Assembly (NCBI GenBank): GCA_001179505.1
Contig: CDMY01000282.1
Span: forward strand, 72,556-136,555
Origin: Vitrella brassicaformis CCMP3155
Taxonomy: Eukaryota; Protista; Chromerida
Length of the DNA: 64,000 nt
Reading direction: 5' to 3'
Positions 49,674-63,243 of the stretch are shown one piece after another (within the stretch, counting starts at the first letter, position 1; the number at the start of each line of letters is the position of its first letter). The position numbers and the translations under genes were made by a program. The notes beneath the pieces are model-generated. The model made no database searches. It saw nothing but the letters and a program-made list of their open reading frames with translations, and was not told the origin of the DNA.

Positions 49674-52600
49674 GCGAGGGGCACGTAACGAGCTGTACAC
49701 GGCCAAATGGTTTGTGGTCGGGTGGGCTCTCCTGTGCTTCTCTTTGGTTATCATGTTCGCCACTCACTACTACCTTGGTCAGTCACACATGTCCTGCAAG
49801 CCAAGCCACCCCGCTCACAGAAACGCATCCGTGTGTGCGCCGCGCCCTGATGTGATGTGTGCCTTCCAGAGTGCTACTTCATCGCGACTGCCACAGAGGT
49901 GAGTGACTTGTTCTTGACGATCGATCACTCACTCACACACACATGCATCACTCGCCTCATTGAGTGCGTGTGCATGTGAATGGATGTTGTGTTTTGTGTG
50001 TGTGTGCGTGCGTGTGTGTCAGTTGCTCGTGGGGACCGCCCTCCTGTTCGTTGGCCTACTCGCCATCAAGTACCGATGGGGCAAAGGCATGAAGTTCTTC
50101 ATCTCACTGTGAGCATCCACCCAGCCAGCCGACACATGAGCACATCCACACAAACGATGCACTCACTGCACTGCACAACGCGTTGTGTGTGCCCGTGTGC
50201 TCTGCAGAGGGTTGTTGAACGCGACACTGGTGGGTCTGTGGGTGCTGGAGATCGAGATGCCCGACACCCGTCGGCGTCGCGTCATCAACATGGACATCGA
50301 CACCTCACCCCACGGAGGCAACAGCGCACCCACCGGACACCCACCTATGGTCCCCACACTGCCCGCACACACCAACGAATGGTACGTACGCCTCGCAGCC
50401 ATGCCATGCATGTGCACTGCAGACGGACGGACGGCCGCAGTGCATGCAATGCAACGTCTCGTGTGTGGTGTCTCGTGTTGTGTGAAAGGTATTCGGTGTT
50501 GTCTCTCGGTTCGGTGTCGGCGATGGTGCTATGCCTCGTGCAGCTACTCATCCTGCCCATCGCCTATAACCTCATGTATGTCACACATACACACGGAGCG
50601 ATCGGACAGAGTGACGGACGACTGGACTGGCATGCACTCGGTGCACCTCTCTGTGCTGTGCCTGTCAGGAAACGCTTTATGGAGCATCCGTACAGCCCGA
50701 ATGACGTGTTAGCGGCTGAGAAGGCCAACCTGGCTGCATCACTGCAGGTGGGGTGGTCAACCACATCACACACGCACACGCACACACACACAAGGCCTCT
50801 CTCTCTCTCTATCTCTCTCTCTCTCGCTGATGGCGTTGTTGTGGTGTTCATTCAGCGTCACCAGGAGATTTGGGATCAGTGGGATCGCGAGACCGTCCTC
50901 CAAGAAGACGAGCGATGCTCACCCCGCCACCTCACGCCAGAGACGCCCAGCCTGCAGGCCAACAACGAGCCCCTCTGGCTCCCACCGCTCCCCAAGATCG
51001 CCCCTTCCTCGCTCGCCACGGCCATCCCCGGCATGCCCGACCCCCTCACCGTCAGCAGCAGCAGCAGCAGCAGCACGTGCACACCCACTGGGACGGGGGG
51101 CGGCGACCTGGAGATGGGCGTGGGGATGGGCGATGGCGTCACGCCGTCCAGCCCCACCATGTCTGTGGGCGTGAGGGATGCCACGGTCACCGACCGGACC
51201 CTGCAATTCATCGAAACGTATGAGCGGTCCATCGATCAGGTCAGTAAGGCATGCATGAGAAAGAGACGTCCAGACCAGACACACCACTGCATCTCATTTT
51301 GTATATATGTATCGATCCATCCCTTCCTCAGATTGTCGCATCCGGGCGGCTCCCCCGTTGTGTGGACCACGTGGAGGAGGCGGCTGACGACCTGGCTACC
51401 CCCGCCCCAGCTCATGCCCTCCCGCCCTTCTCCACCACCACCACGCCCCGCTCATCAGACCTCTTCCCCGCCGCCCCCACCAGCACGCCCCTCCCCACCC
51501 CGTCAGCAGCATCCTCCACCTCGGCCAATGCCGTGGCCACGGCCAACGCCCCTCAGACTCGCGCGTCGCTCCAGTCCCAGATGGACGCGGTAGCCACGTC
51601 GATGGGAGCTCAGCTGCGGCTGCAAGGGCACGCCCAAGCAGGGGCAACAGGCAACCTCAGGGCGCCCATGAGCCGACAGTCGACATTCCCCACAGTCCAT
51701 CACCTCCACGGCACCACCGGCGACGCGATGGGCATGGTGGGCAATATAGGGCACCTCCACAGCAAGCCGACTGCATGCGGCGGCAGACAGCCCGGCAGCA
51801 AGCCACAGCTGGACCGCCGCAGCTCACTCGAGTCGGTGCAGCTCGGGGGGCTTCACGGCATGGTGCAGCGGAGCGCCACTCTGGGCCTGGGGCGGCCGGG
51901 CAGCTTCGAGGGCTACCCGATGGCCGAGGAGGTGCCCAGCACGGTGGGCGGGAGTGGGGTGGACAGCACGGCGAGCTGCCGGAGCGGCGGAGGGCCGCGG
52001 ACTGCCACACACGTCGGGTGGTGTGTGAGCCCGATGATCAAGAAGCTCGACCGAAGCGACAGTGAGGACAGCAGCGCTACCGGCGGCAGCGAGGGCGAGG
52101 CGACGGTTGTGGCGGATGCCACCTCTCCCACGGCGCATGACGAAACGGAGACGACAGAGACTAGTGAGGGGAATGAGGAGAGCGAGCTGGCGGCCATCAA
52201 GACAGTCGAGACTCCTCCTGCAGCGAAGGCAGGCAAGCCCCGCCCCGAGATCGAGATCGATTTGGACGCCGAGGTCATTGACGAGCCCTGGGAGATCGAT
52301 GTCTCGACCCGCGACACCGTCACCAGTGAGGACGAGCAGCAGCTCCGCGACACCCTCGCTGCCTCGCTGCCCGCCATCGACGTTGACAACGACAACTCGC
52401 CGCAGACGTCGATCGCGTCCCCCACTGACACCGCGCACTCGTCATACGAGTCGCTGATGATCTCCGACCCCTCCCGCCCCCCGTCGCCCGTCCCCAGGGT
52501 CATCGTCACCGCTGCACCATCTCCATGTGACACCATTGACAGCACCAGCAAGGGCTGGGGTGGAGACGAAAAGGAGGACGTCAAGCCGGCAGTGTCGCCA

Positions 52601-53476
52601 TCCCTGACGGCCGAGTACCCCGGCAGGGTCAACCTGGCCATTCCGCCGTCGCCCGCGTCGCCCGTTACGAGCCACTTCACCCCGCCCATGGCGCGCACCT
52701 GCCGCTGCACCATCCTGCCGTCCACCCCGCAGACATCCGAGGACGGCGAGAGCGAGTCGGAGAAGTCCTCCCCCGACTTTCCGGCGACGCCATTCCCCTC
52801 CCCTCCCCTGTCGCCACCCACGGCCGCACACAAAGCCAATGCTAATCGGGAGATGCCGCCGGGGCTTCCGCGGCTGCAGGTGCTGCCGCCCCCCGCCCCA
52901 CACTCCCTCTCGTCGCTCGACCACCTGACCGACACGGCCGCCATGAGTGCAGCGGACGACTCGTGCAGCGTCAACTGGAAGGACCGCTTGACGCCGCGCT
53001 CCGTGACGACGGAGGACACGGGGTGGGGACTGTACGACCGCTCGGGGGCGTCGTCGGTTGCAGGTGGGATGGAGAGCCGCACACCCTCCATCCGGCCATC
53101 TGACGGGTCGGAGTACGCATGGACGCCCAGGCACTGGGACGGTGACGATGTGTCGCCGCAGGATACTGGGAGTTCCAATGCGAGTGCGGCATCATCAGTG
53201 GCGGTGGCCCCTTCCGACCCCGAGGGAGGAGAGTTCGCGGGCGTGAGCGTGCGTGAGCGCGTGTCTGCGATCGAGGCGTGTGCTGAGGCTGCGGTCCGTT
53301 GTAATGGTACTGGTGCTGAGGTGATGAAGGCAGAAATGGGATGTGGCCGTTATTTGCGCCCTCCCTTCCTGCAGCTGCCTCCCCGCAGCAGCCACCTGTG
53401 TGCGTCTTCTGTGCCTGTGTCTGTGTCGTCCATGTGTGGCTCGCCCCCTCCCCTCCCTAGCTCTCCTATGGTATAG
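49674..53476 (+). CDS. Uncharacterised membrane protein (about 4 TM segments) with a long disordered Ser/Pro/Thr-rich C-terminal tail, start not resolved
   Basis: Phase-consistent exons WFVVGWALLCFSLVIMFATHYYL|ECYFIATATE|LLVGTALLFVGLLAIKY..|GLLNATLVGLWVLEI..|YSVLSLGSVSAMVLCLVQLLILPIAYNL, then ORF 51251-53476. Confidence 0.65.
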
Positions 53477-53499
53477 ATGACACGCGTAAAACCTAGGAC

Positions 53500-56400
53500 T
53501 AGCAATGGACACTGGGATACCGGGGGCGATGCATGCATGCCTTCCGTGCCACCTACCCACCCACAGCACGGAAAGCACGCTCACACACACTGATGGCCAT
53601 CCCCACACAGACAGACAGACAGACAGGCGGACACAGACGAGCAGGCAACCATGAGGGTGGCGCGGGGATCGCAGGATAAAGAAAAGGGCGCGACGGTGAA
53701 AACAAACAGGAGGGAGAAATGCAAGGAATGGTGGCGGGGTGCTGCTGCATACCACAATACAGACATACAATGCATGACTAGCTCGACTTACTACTCACTG
53801 ATGGGTGCTTGACGTGCCGTGGTGTGCCGTGTTGTGGTGTGGTGTGCGGTTCCCTGCATGGTTCGTGCCGTGTTCCATGTTGCTTGCCTGTTTGGCTGGC
53901 TGGTTGGCTATTGAATTGATTGGGGGTTTTCTTGCCCAGTGATTGTTCTGTGAATCTTCGTTGAATGGTTGGATGGATGGCTGGTTGGTTGATGGATGGA
54001 CGATGGATGGCGCTGGTTGTGGTGTGCCCTTTGTTTCGTTCATCCATGCCATGGACGGCTGGATGGATGCCATGCCATGCCTTGTGAGCGCGTGAAGCGT
54101 CGTGTTGCTGTTGTTCTTGTGCGGTGTGCGGCTTTTGAAGGAAGGCGGCGCAGCGGCCCACACACTCACATACAGACACAGACACACACGCGTACGTCAC
54201 GTGTGCACATACATGATTGCTGGCTGGGACGGCAAGGCATGCATGCTTTCTCTGTGGCTACCTACCTCGGTCAAGTGCTGGAGCTGACTGAGCGAGGTCT
54301 CCCGGCACCCAGAAAGGTCTACGTACACAGACAGACAGACAGACGGATGCGTCTCATGTATGTAATGTCTGTCTGCCTGCCATTTAATTTCAACGGAGAG
54401 CGATCGAGCGAGAAAGAAAGAGAGCGTGAGGGTGTATATGGATATATGGATGGATGGAAGCTCGTGTAATGATGGCTTTATCTATGCATGTGGGTGTCTC
54501 TCCCTCCGTGTGGGTGGCGTGTGGGCTCGGTGGAGGGAGGTAGGGCAAGCAGGCTGGCTGGCTGGCGGGCTGGCTGGGCGGTGCGGTGTTGCGCTGTGTT
54601 GTGTTTGTCGGCTAGGTTGATGACTGAATGGATGGCTGGATGGCTGGATGGACGGTAACACAACTCGCTGATGGGCTGGCTGATTGGATGCCCGGGGGTT
54701 GCTCACTCGCTCACTCAGTTGCTCTGCTCTTGACTCGGATCGGAGAGAGATATAAGAGAGACTCACTGGTCACTCGCTCCATCCACCCCACCACGACATA
54801 CTGTATATGCATTTTCCTCGACTGACTGACGCAAGACAATGACAACAATGACCACAAACGTGATGTGACACATACATACGCCCACCTCTCTCTCCCATCC
54901 ACTCACTCACTCTGCTTGGTTCGGCTGCCTTGGATGGATGGCTGGTATCTTGTAAAGCACGGCTAGCTAGTCCACCCCACCCCACCCCACCACTTGCCTC
55001 TGCTTTCAACACGGACACCGACCGACCATCAAGCAACACTCTAACTGACTGACTGACTGACCCACCCTGTCTGTCTGTCTGTCTGTCTGTCTCTCTGTCT
55101 GTGATGACCCAATGGGTACACTCACACCACACGTGCAGTGCACATCCATCCATACTTCCTGGCTTACATGTAGGTAGTCTTATGTAGTGTATCTATCGCG
55201 CTCTCTCTCTGTCTGTTCATCTATCTCTCTTCATCCGTTCATCCGCTCTTGTTTGCGCGCTCTCTCTATAGATGTCGTGGTGGTGTTTGCTGGTTTTTTC
55301 TCGGTGTTGTCGTCAAGGATGTGTGTGATGAGTGTGCTGGCTGCGTGAGTGGCTGTTTTGTGGTAACTCTGTGTGGTGTCTGTCTTTCTCCGTCTGCCTG
55401 CCTGCTAGGCTGTGTTGTTGGTGGTTTTTTGTCTTCTCTGTCTGTCTGTCCGCCCGCCCGGCTGCCCTCCCGCCTGCCTGCCTGCCTGCCTGCCACTGCC
55501 CGACTGACTCACCGTGTATGGGCTGGGCAAGAGGATCATCCAGACTTTCACTCCGTGTCTATCTTATCTAATCTAACCTAATCATCTAATCTAATCTGGT
55601 CTATACTCCATGCTTCTAGCTAGCGCTCCTGAGTGTCCGCCCGCCTGTCTGCCCGTCTTCTGCTGCCGTTTTGTGTCTCACATATGGTGTGGTGTGGTGT
55701 GATGTGCTGTGCTGTGCTGTGATGGGGTTGATGTCTTTTGATGTGATGTGCACCCTTGATACCTATACCTTCCTACGTTCCTTCTCACCTCTGGCTACAC
55801 CAATTCATCAGCTGGGTTCAGAACTTTGCACGTCGGGTCGTCTGACTGACCGTCGGAATGACCGACTGACTGAGCGGCTGGCTGGCCGGCCCGCTGACAC
55901 CCTTCTTGCCCCTCCCCTTCCGTCTGTCTGTCTGTCTGTCTGTCTGCCCGTCTTCTGTCTTGATTGATACTTGACCCACCTCCCTCTCCTCTCAATTAGA
56001 CCTTCTATGCCGGCCACCGAGGCCACGCTGCATCGCCTCCCGCCTCTCCATTCAGATCATGGGTGCGTGTAGGGCATGGTATCTTGTTCGTTCACACGCA
56101 CACTAACTAATACACCAGATAGATGATGGATGTCTAAACGCTAAATGGATGGGCTGCAGAGATACCATAGGTACCGCACAGTGTTGGCTTTTTCTTACAC
56201 GTGATGCATTCATTGATGTGTGAGTGATGCGTGCCTCAATCTATCCATCCGTCCATCCATGGTCCTATTTGTATCTCTGTCTACGGCTCGTCGACGTGGC
56301 TGACGGATGTGCGGACCGACCGACCGAGAGAGGGAGGGAGGGAGGGAGGCAGCGGTTGAGGGTGGGGTGGCTAGGTTGATTTGTAGGCAATGCTTGCTGT

Positions 56401-59400
56401 CGGGCTGTCTGGGTGGTGAATATAGTGGCGGGTCGCTCCCACCCTTGATGACTCCCTTCTTCATATCTCCGCTTGCTCATTCCTTGATTCCTTGATCCGT
56501 CCGCCTGTCTGTCTGTCTGTCCATCTGGTGTATGTATATCTGGGCCGTCTCTCTCTCGATGGGGGGATGGGCGGGGCGGGGCGGCCGAGGCCATCTGGCT
56601 GCCTGCCTGTGGGGTTGGACAGAACAGACAAGACAGGCCATTTGCGATCGTACGTACAGACAGGTACGGTACGCTTGGGGTGGGTGTGGGGCTCGGGTGT
56701 CGTGTTCTCTCTAGGTCACTCACGAACTCTCTCCCACCCCACCGACCATTTCAATCAACACTAGCTTGCTGGCTTCAGGGAGACAGGCAGGCACATGTAC
56801 GCGTCTACGTAGGTAGGATGGGTGAATTGGTATGGTACGGTCAAATCTCCATATTCGTCCTATTTACTGAATATAATGATTTAGTCCGCACCGACCGCAC
56901 ATGACATGCGCGCCATCCCGGCGGGCTGCGGGTGCGTGCGGCAGCGGCACAGCATACCATACCACACCAACTACACCACAGCACAGCACCGCACGACACG
57001 CGCCTATTGCGAACCGTCACTAGGCAGCGGGCGGTTGGGCTGGCTTGGTGTAGTCGGTGTGGGGTGTGGTGTGGTGTGGTGTGCGTCCATGCATGCGAAG
57101 CCGCGGGGCGGGGCATGGCGAGGCTGTTGGGTGGGGTGTGGGGTACCTACTTGTGTATCGCACATCACATAGATTGCTTTATTCGTTGGGTGGTGCTGAC
57201 TAGTGCTCATTTCAAAAGGGCAAGCAAGGGACAGACGGACAGACTCACAGACGGACTTTGCACTGCACGCCTACCGCACTGGCGTAGGCGAGAGCCTGGC
57301 GCTGGCTGATCTTCTGCTTTGCCTCCTTGATTCATTCCTGGCTCCTGTCTTGCTGTCTCGCTTGCCTGATTCCCGCGCTTATATATCTCTCCCTCTGCTG
57401 CTGCTGCTGTCATATGTATCGCTATATCGCTTGCTCTCCCTCTCTCTGTCTCTGCCTTACTCTCCCCTCTCTTTCCGGATCGCCGCCTCTATGGTCCGTG
57501 TCTTTGTATGTATCTCTGTGCCTGTGTGCCTGGCATCAAGAGGGTCCTCTTTGAAGGAACCGAGGGAAGGAGAGAGCTGAGATGAGAGATACCCGCTGGC
57601 TTGCTGAGAGGGGAGGGAGGGAGGGAGGGAGAGAGAGAGGGGGGACGGCTGGCGGGCTGAGTGAGACAGGTTGGGCCGGGTTTATGTATCGTATGTGTGT
57701 TATGTAGGTGGATGGATGGATGGGTAGCTCTTAGTTGATGCTCTCCTCCTGTCTCTCTCCTGTCTGTCTGTCCCTTTCTCTCTCTCTCTCGGTCGGGCTG
57801 AGTGAGTGCTGTGAATGTCTGTATGTAGACTAGCCAGGTCTAAGTCTAGGTAGGTCCATAGTGCGTTGGTTGGTTGGCTGGCTGGTGCGTTCCGAGCGTT
57901 CGATCTTTGCTTTCCCGCTTTGCCTGCCGCGGTGTGTGTGTGTGTGTGTGTATGTGTGTGTTTGTGTTTGTGTGTACACGGCAAGGCAATGGGCAATGGG
58001 ATGCGACCGATCGATGCAAAGAGAATGCTTGGTACTGGTTGATGTGTGTGTGTCGGCTGGATGCATGTGTGTGGATGGATGTGTATGCCATGATGATCAT
58101 GTCCATGGATGGATGGATGGATGAATGGATGGATGGTGCGTATTTCCTTCTACTTCCTTGCCTTGGTTATTGTGGCAGGGAGGGAGGGTGGAATGGAGCG
58201 GAGCTGAGGAGGCACGACAGAAAAGGGCGGAGATATAAGGAAGAAGGGTCGTTTTTAACTACTACTACGATTTGTGTGGCAGGTCTACGCTGCTGCTGCG
58301 GCTGCGGCGGCTGCTGCTGCTGCTGTGCCGCTGCGCCCCTGCCTTTTGCAGAGGGGAGCGACCGGCCGGCCGGCAGCCTCCTTGCATACATACGCCGGAC
58401 CTGCATACATACCCGGAATGAGATGAACATGCCGACGATTGAAGGACGGCTGAGCGGCTCCCTTCTTGCCCTCCCCGCCTCTCCTCGCATGCTATCGTTG
58501 CCTGCCTGCCTGCCTGTGTGTATGTATGTGTAATCAAAGAATGAATGATTGATTGATGACGATATCCATCCGTACATCCATGAGCTGATGCTCGGCTGCG
58601 TACTGCTGGTGTAATTAAGACAGAGGGAAGGATGAACACGGAGGCATTTCCTCCTCCCCCCCCCCCCCCCCCCCCCCCCNNNNNNNNNNNNNNNNNNNNN
58701 NNNNNNNNNNNNNNNNNNNNNNNNNNNNNNNNNNNNNNNNNNNNNNNNNNNNNNNNNNNNNNNNNNNNNNNNNNNNNNNNNNNNNNNNNNNNNNNNNNNN
58801 NNNNNNNNNNNNNNNNNNNNNNNNNNNNNNNNNNNNNNNNNNNNNNNNNNNNNNNNNNNNNNNNNNNNNNNNNNNNNNNNNNNNNNNNNNNNNNNNNNNN
58901 NNNNNNNNNNNNNNNNNNNNNNNNNNNNNNNNNNNNNNNNNNNNNNNNNNNNNNNNNNNNNNNNNNNNNNNNNNNNNNNCCCCCCCCCCCCCCCCCCCTC
59001 CCCCCCTCGCACCAATCACACACACCAATCACACGACACCATACGGCCCGGATTTGTTGCCATCCCCCGCCTTCACTCCCTCGCCTCATCTCATCTCATC
59101 CATGTGATGCATACACACTGACTTACTCGTCTGTCTGTCTGTGCACGTGCGTGTGGCCGTGAGGTGGTCTGCTGTGTGTGTGGTGTGTGGTGGTGTGTGG
59201 TGTTGTCATGGTGTACTGCTGCGTTGCGTTGTGCTGTGTTGTGTTGTGTTGTGTTGTGTGCTAATCTCTTTCTGTCTGTACTTGACTGGTCTGCTGTGCT
59301 GTCGTATTTGTGTTGTCGAGGTGGTGGATGGATGGATGGATGGATCGGTTGACGGAATGGAATGGATTGCTCCGGCCTCTGACTGCATAGCAATCCAGGG

Positions 59401-62400
59401 CCAACGACATACTTGTGTTGTGTAAGGATGGAAAGGCGGATCGATGGAAGAGAGAGGGAGAGGAGAGCGCGCGCGCGGGAGAGAAAGAGAGAGGGTCTAC
59501 TTACTCATACACACACACATACATACGTCCATCTTGACATAGCATAGCATCTGGCTGATACATGTACGGTGTGCTGCTGGTGCTGCTGCTGCTGGTTTTT
59601 ATGGTGGATTTGCCATTGTAGGAGGGCTGCGGACCGGCTGGCTGATGGAATGAATGGAGGGAGGCAACGGCGGCGTTACTTTCTGTACACATACATACAC
59701 ACAACATACATACATACACACATCCATGGCATGGCATGGCATGACACCACTGCATACCGTTACTCGCTGACTCCTTTTTCGTGGGGCTGCCTGCCCGACT
59801 GGCTGGGTGACAGGCAGGCAGACAGACAGATAGAGAGAAATGAGATGAGAGACATGCCTGCCTGATGCATGCCATGGACTTGTGTGTGGTGGGGTTGCCT
59901 GGGGCTGGGGAGGGGGGCTGGGGTGCGGTCAAACTGTATCTATATCAACCGGCAGGTGGGTGGGTGGGTTGATACATCCATCCGTCCACTGTGCCAGTCA
60001 CTCACTTACCCTTGTCTGTCTATTGCTCTAAGAGGGAGGGAGAGAGGGAGGGAGGTCTCCTGTCCCGTTGTCAAGCTTGCCTTGTCGCTTGTGTGGCTGT
60101 CGTGTGGGCGTGTTTTTGATCGCAAGTGCGATAACGACCGGCCAGCAGACAATGTGGAGCGGCGATATAGGTGTCACTTTTGTCAACACCATGGGAGGGC
60201 AAGGGCAAGCAGAGATCCGAGGGAGGGAGGGCGCTTTTAACCAGAGAGATCCTTGTTTTTGGTTTCCTCTTCCATCCCTCGCTGCAGGCCACATTTCTCT
60301 GTCTCATCCATTCATTCATCCATCCATCCAGATCCACTGCTTCCCTCAAACATTCATTCTGCCTGCAGCCATTTCCTGCCGGCAAGACATTGACCATGCT
60401 ACTATCTACTCACCTCTACTCTTCCTGATGTGTGTGTGTGTGTGTACTTGTCTGTCTGATAGCGCTCATGAATGCTTTCGGGTCGTCCATGGCCCATCCA
60501 TGCCATGCCATGCCTCCATCCCATCGATCTGGCGTGCGTGCGTATTTCTGTAATCGCATTCATTCGTCCCACCCGTCCCGTATCCCACCTCCCCTCCACC
60601 CCTCCCCGTTGACCTCACCTCACCTCACCCGCAGCACTGCCCACCCCTCCCCAACAATGCTCGCGGGCTTTAGATAGGTAGCTGTAGCAGCTGGTGTTTC
60701 TAGACTGACTTTGCCATGCCATGCTGTCTGTCTGCCATGCTATCTGTCTGTCTGTCTGTCTGTCTGTCTGTCGTGCTGCGAGTGAGTGAGAGTTATGTTG
60801 CTGGTAGACTGTCTGGGTGTCTGAGTATGGGCGTGGTGGGTGGCGTAGTCTCGCCCGAGACCGCTGCGCTGCGTTGCACTGCGGGGGGTTCAGTTGCACC
60901 GGCATCCGTCCAGTCCATCTCATCTATCTCGATGCTTTGTATCATCCCGCTGCTGGTGGTGAGTTGTATATCCGTCGGTTGGTGTGCTGGCTGCCTCTAT
61001 CTTTTTTTGGTAGGTAGGCTGTGTGGCTGACTGGCTGGCTGGCCGGCTGCTGTTTGGCTGATTGACTGATTGATGTACGTACACACATACACCACACCGG
61101 ACGTGCTGCTCTAAGGTACGGTAGGTACGCTGTGCATGGTTATGCAGGCTGGCTGGCTGGCTGGCTGTGAGAGCGAGGCGTGTAGATAAATGGCACTGCT
61201 GCGATTTTTCCGAGATGCTGCGTGCTGTCCTGCTGTTCACGTGTGTGTGTGTGGGGGGGGAGGTGTGTGATGTGACTCTGCGCGGACGAGCACAGCAGCT
61301 GCCAAGGTCAGGCAACGTACGTCAGGTGAGAGACAGACGGACAGGTTTGACGGGTAGGCAGTCAGCTTTGTCTTGTGCTGCATCCAGCATCCATGCATCC
61401 ATCCACCCGTCGTCCATGCCATCGGCACATGGTGCTGGCGCTGGTGTTGTGTTGGTGTGTTTATATGCTGGCCGTGTTGCCGGTTGTATGCCACTCAGCC
61501 ACGCCTCGGGCATTGTCCATCCATCCATCAGCCATGGGCAGACAGGGAGACAGACAACAATCCATCCATCTCTCCGGGTATCCGCTCGCTCGCTGCTTTT
61601 TTGGATGGAGTGCCAAATGGCGCTCGGCCTGAAAGCACTCTCACTCCCTCACTGACCCGCACAGCTGGCTGGTGCCAGCTGCCTACTTGCATGCCTGCCT
61701 GCCTGCCTGCCTGTTGATGCATTCCTTGGTGTGTCAGCCAGCCAGCCAGCCGGCATACGGGGTGTTTCTTCCCTCCCCAGCCAAGTAATTACGCCTGCTA
61801 CACCTGAGTGCGAGCGAGCGAGACGTTTCAATCCATCTATCCATCCATCCATCCATCCATTGATTGGCCACAGACACACACACACACACATACATACACG
61901 CACATCCACACGCCACTCCACGCGTATGTAATGTGCAGCGAGGGATTTATCGAGTGACATACGTACGACGTGCATGAGATATGTCAGAGAAGAGAGCGTA
62001 CGGTATTTTTGCATATGGTCCTACCTACCCCACACAGGCACGCAGGCAGACAGACAGACAGCGTGGCCGTGCCGTGCTGTCCTTTCACTCCCTCGCTCTC
62101 GCCTGTCTGGTCTGTCTTTTTCCTTCCGCCAATCGGTCAGTCAACCAATGGACATCATGTCGGTCGGTGTGTGTCGGTGTGCGTCCGTGTGGCGTGACGT
62201 GGGATCGGCTCTTGGCTCAGTCCGCCACCAACACCAACACCACTACCACTACCACTACCACTACTGACTGGCTTAGCGCGTGTGTAATTGTGCTTTCTGG
62301 GGTTGGTGTTGGTTCGCCTGTGTGTTGGTCGGTGCATACCCACACCGGGGGGGTGGGGGAAGGGAAACAGCCACCCGGACACATACATACGATATGTATC

Positions 62401-63200
62401 TCTTTCAAGCGGTCTGTGCTGTCTGGTTGGTTGCATCTCTCCACCAGTCTGCCGACCGATTCCAGTTTTTTTCCTTCATCCATCCATCCATTCGGCGGTC
62501 ACTCGCTTGTCATCTTGTGTAATTGTGGTTTGCATCCCTCCGCTGGCTGGCTGCGTCAATCCATTCATTCATTCGTGAGTGCCTTCATTCATGCCTTGAT
62601 CGATACATATGTGGTTGGGTTGTGTGGACCTACATACACGCAACACTCGATCGGATCGACTTGCTCTTTCCGCTCCCACCTGTGCTCCTCCCTGTGCTGA
62701 GCTGTGCTGCCTGCTGCTGCTGCTGCTGATGCGCTGCTGATGCTGCTAAACACCGACCCACTCACTCGTCACACATCCACCAGCTGTCTTCATGTACGTG
62801 TGTGGTGCCATGGACGGACACACTCACCCCGGCATGTGTGCATGAAGCAAGAGCCGACCACTACTGGATCAATGAATCATCCATCACAACAACAAGGAAA
62901 CCAGGCACATGCACGGGCAGCCGTCTCACCTATGTGCGCGCCAGCTCCGAGACCAGTGATGGCGTCAGCTGGCGCGCGATACGCCCTCGCATCTCGAAAG
63001 GCTGCCGATGGCATTTTCTCTTTCAAACTCCAGCAACGGGGGGCCCATGAGTTTACACGTCGAGAATTCGCCACGATGTCCGTGCATGCACTTTGAGCTT
63101 GCAGAGACAGTCGGGGGAGAGTTTACAGTGGATCGGAAGAGCCACTTTTCTCGTTTCGGTTCCTTCTCTCGCTTGGCTTAGACTGATAGCTTTCTGCTGA
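53500..63200. other. Gene-free, microsatellite-rich interval of about 9.7 kb
   Basis: Only repeat-derived ORFs. Dense (GGAT)n, (CTGT)n, (GTGTG)n, (GGCT)n, (TG)n tracts. Confidence 0.65.
58656..58998. repeat. Poly-C tract interrupted by a 300-N gap (58680-58979)
   Basis: 24 C before the gap and 19 C after it. Confidence 0.95.
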
Positions 63201-63243
63201 GTGATTGACTGAAGGCTCCCTCACTTGCTGTTGGTGAGCGGTC

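Noticed and set aside
51913-53178. 421-aa minus-strand ORF
   Set aside because: Antisense shadow of ORF 51251-53476.
53520-63100. TGCATG / TGCATGCA motifs as ApiAP2 binding sites
   Set aside because: They occur throughout introns and intergenic DNA in the window, and I cannot show enrichment without counting against a background model.
53500-63200. Many 60-280 aa ORFs in the gene-free block
   Set aside because: They are translations of microsatellites (CVCV, HTHT, MDGW, SIHP) or span N gaps.
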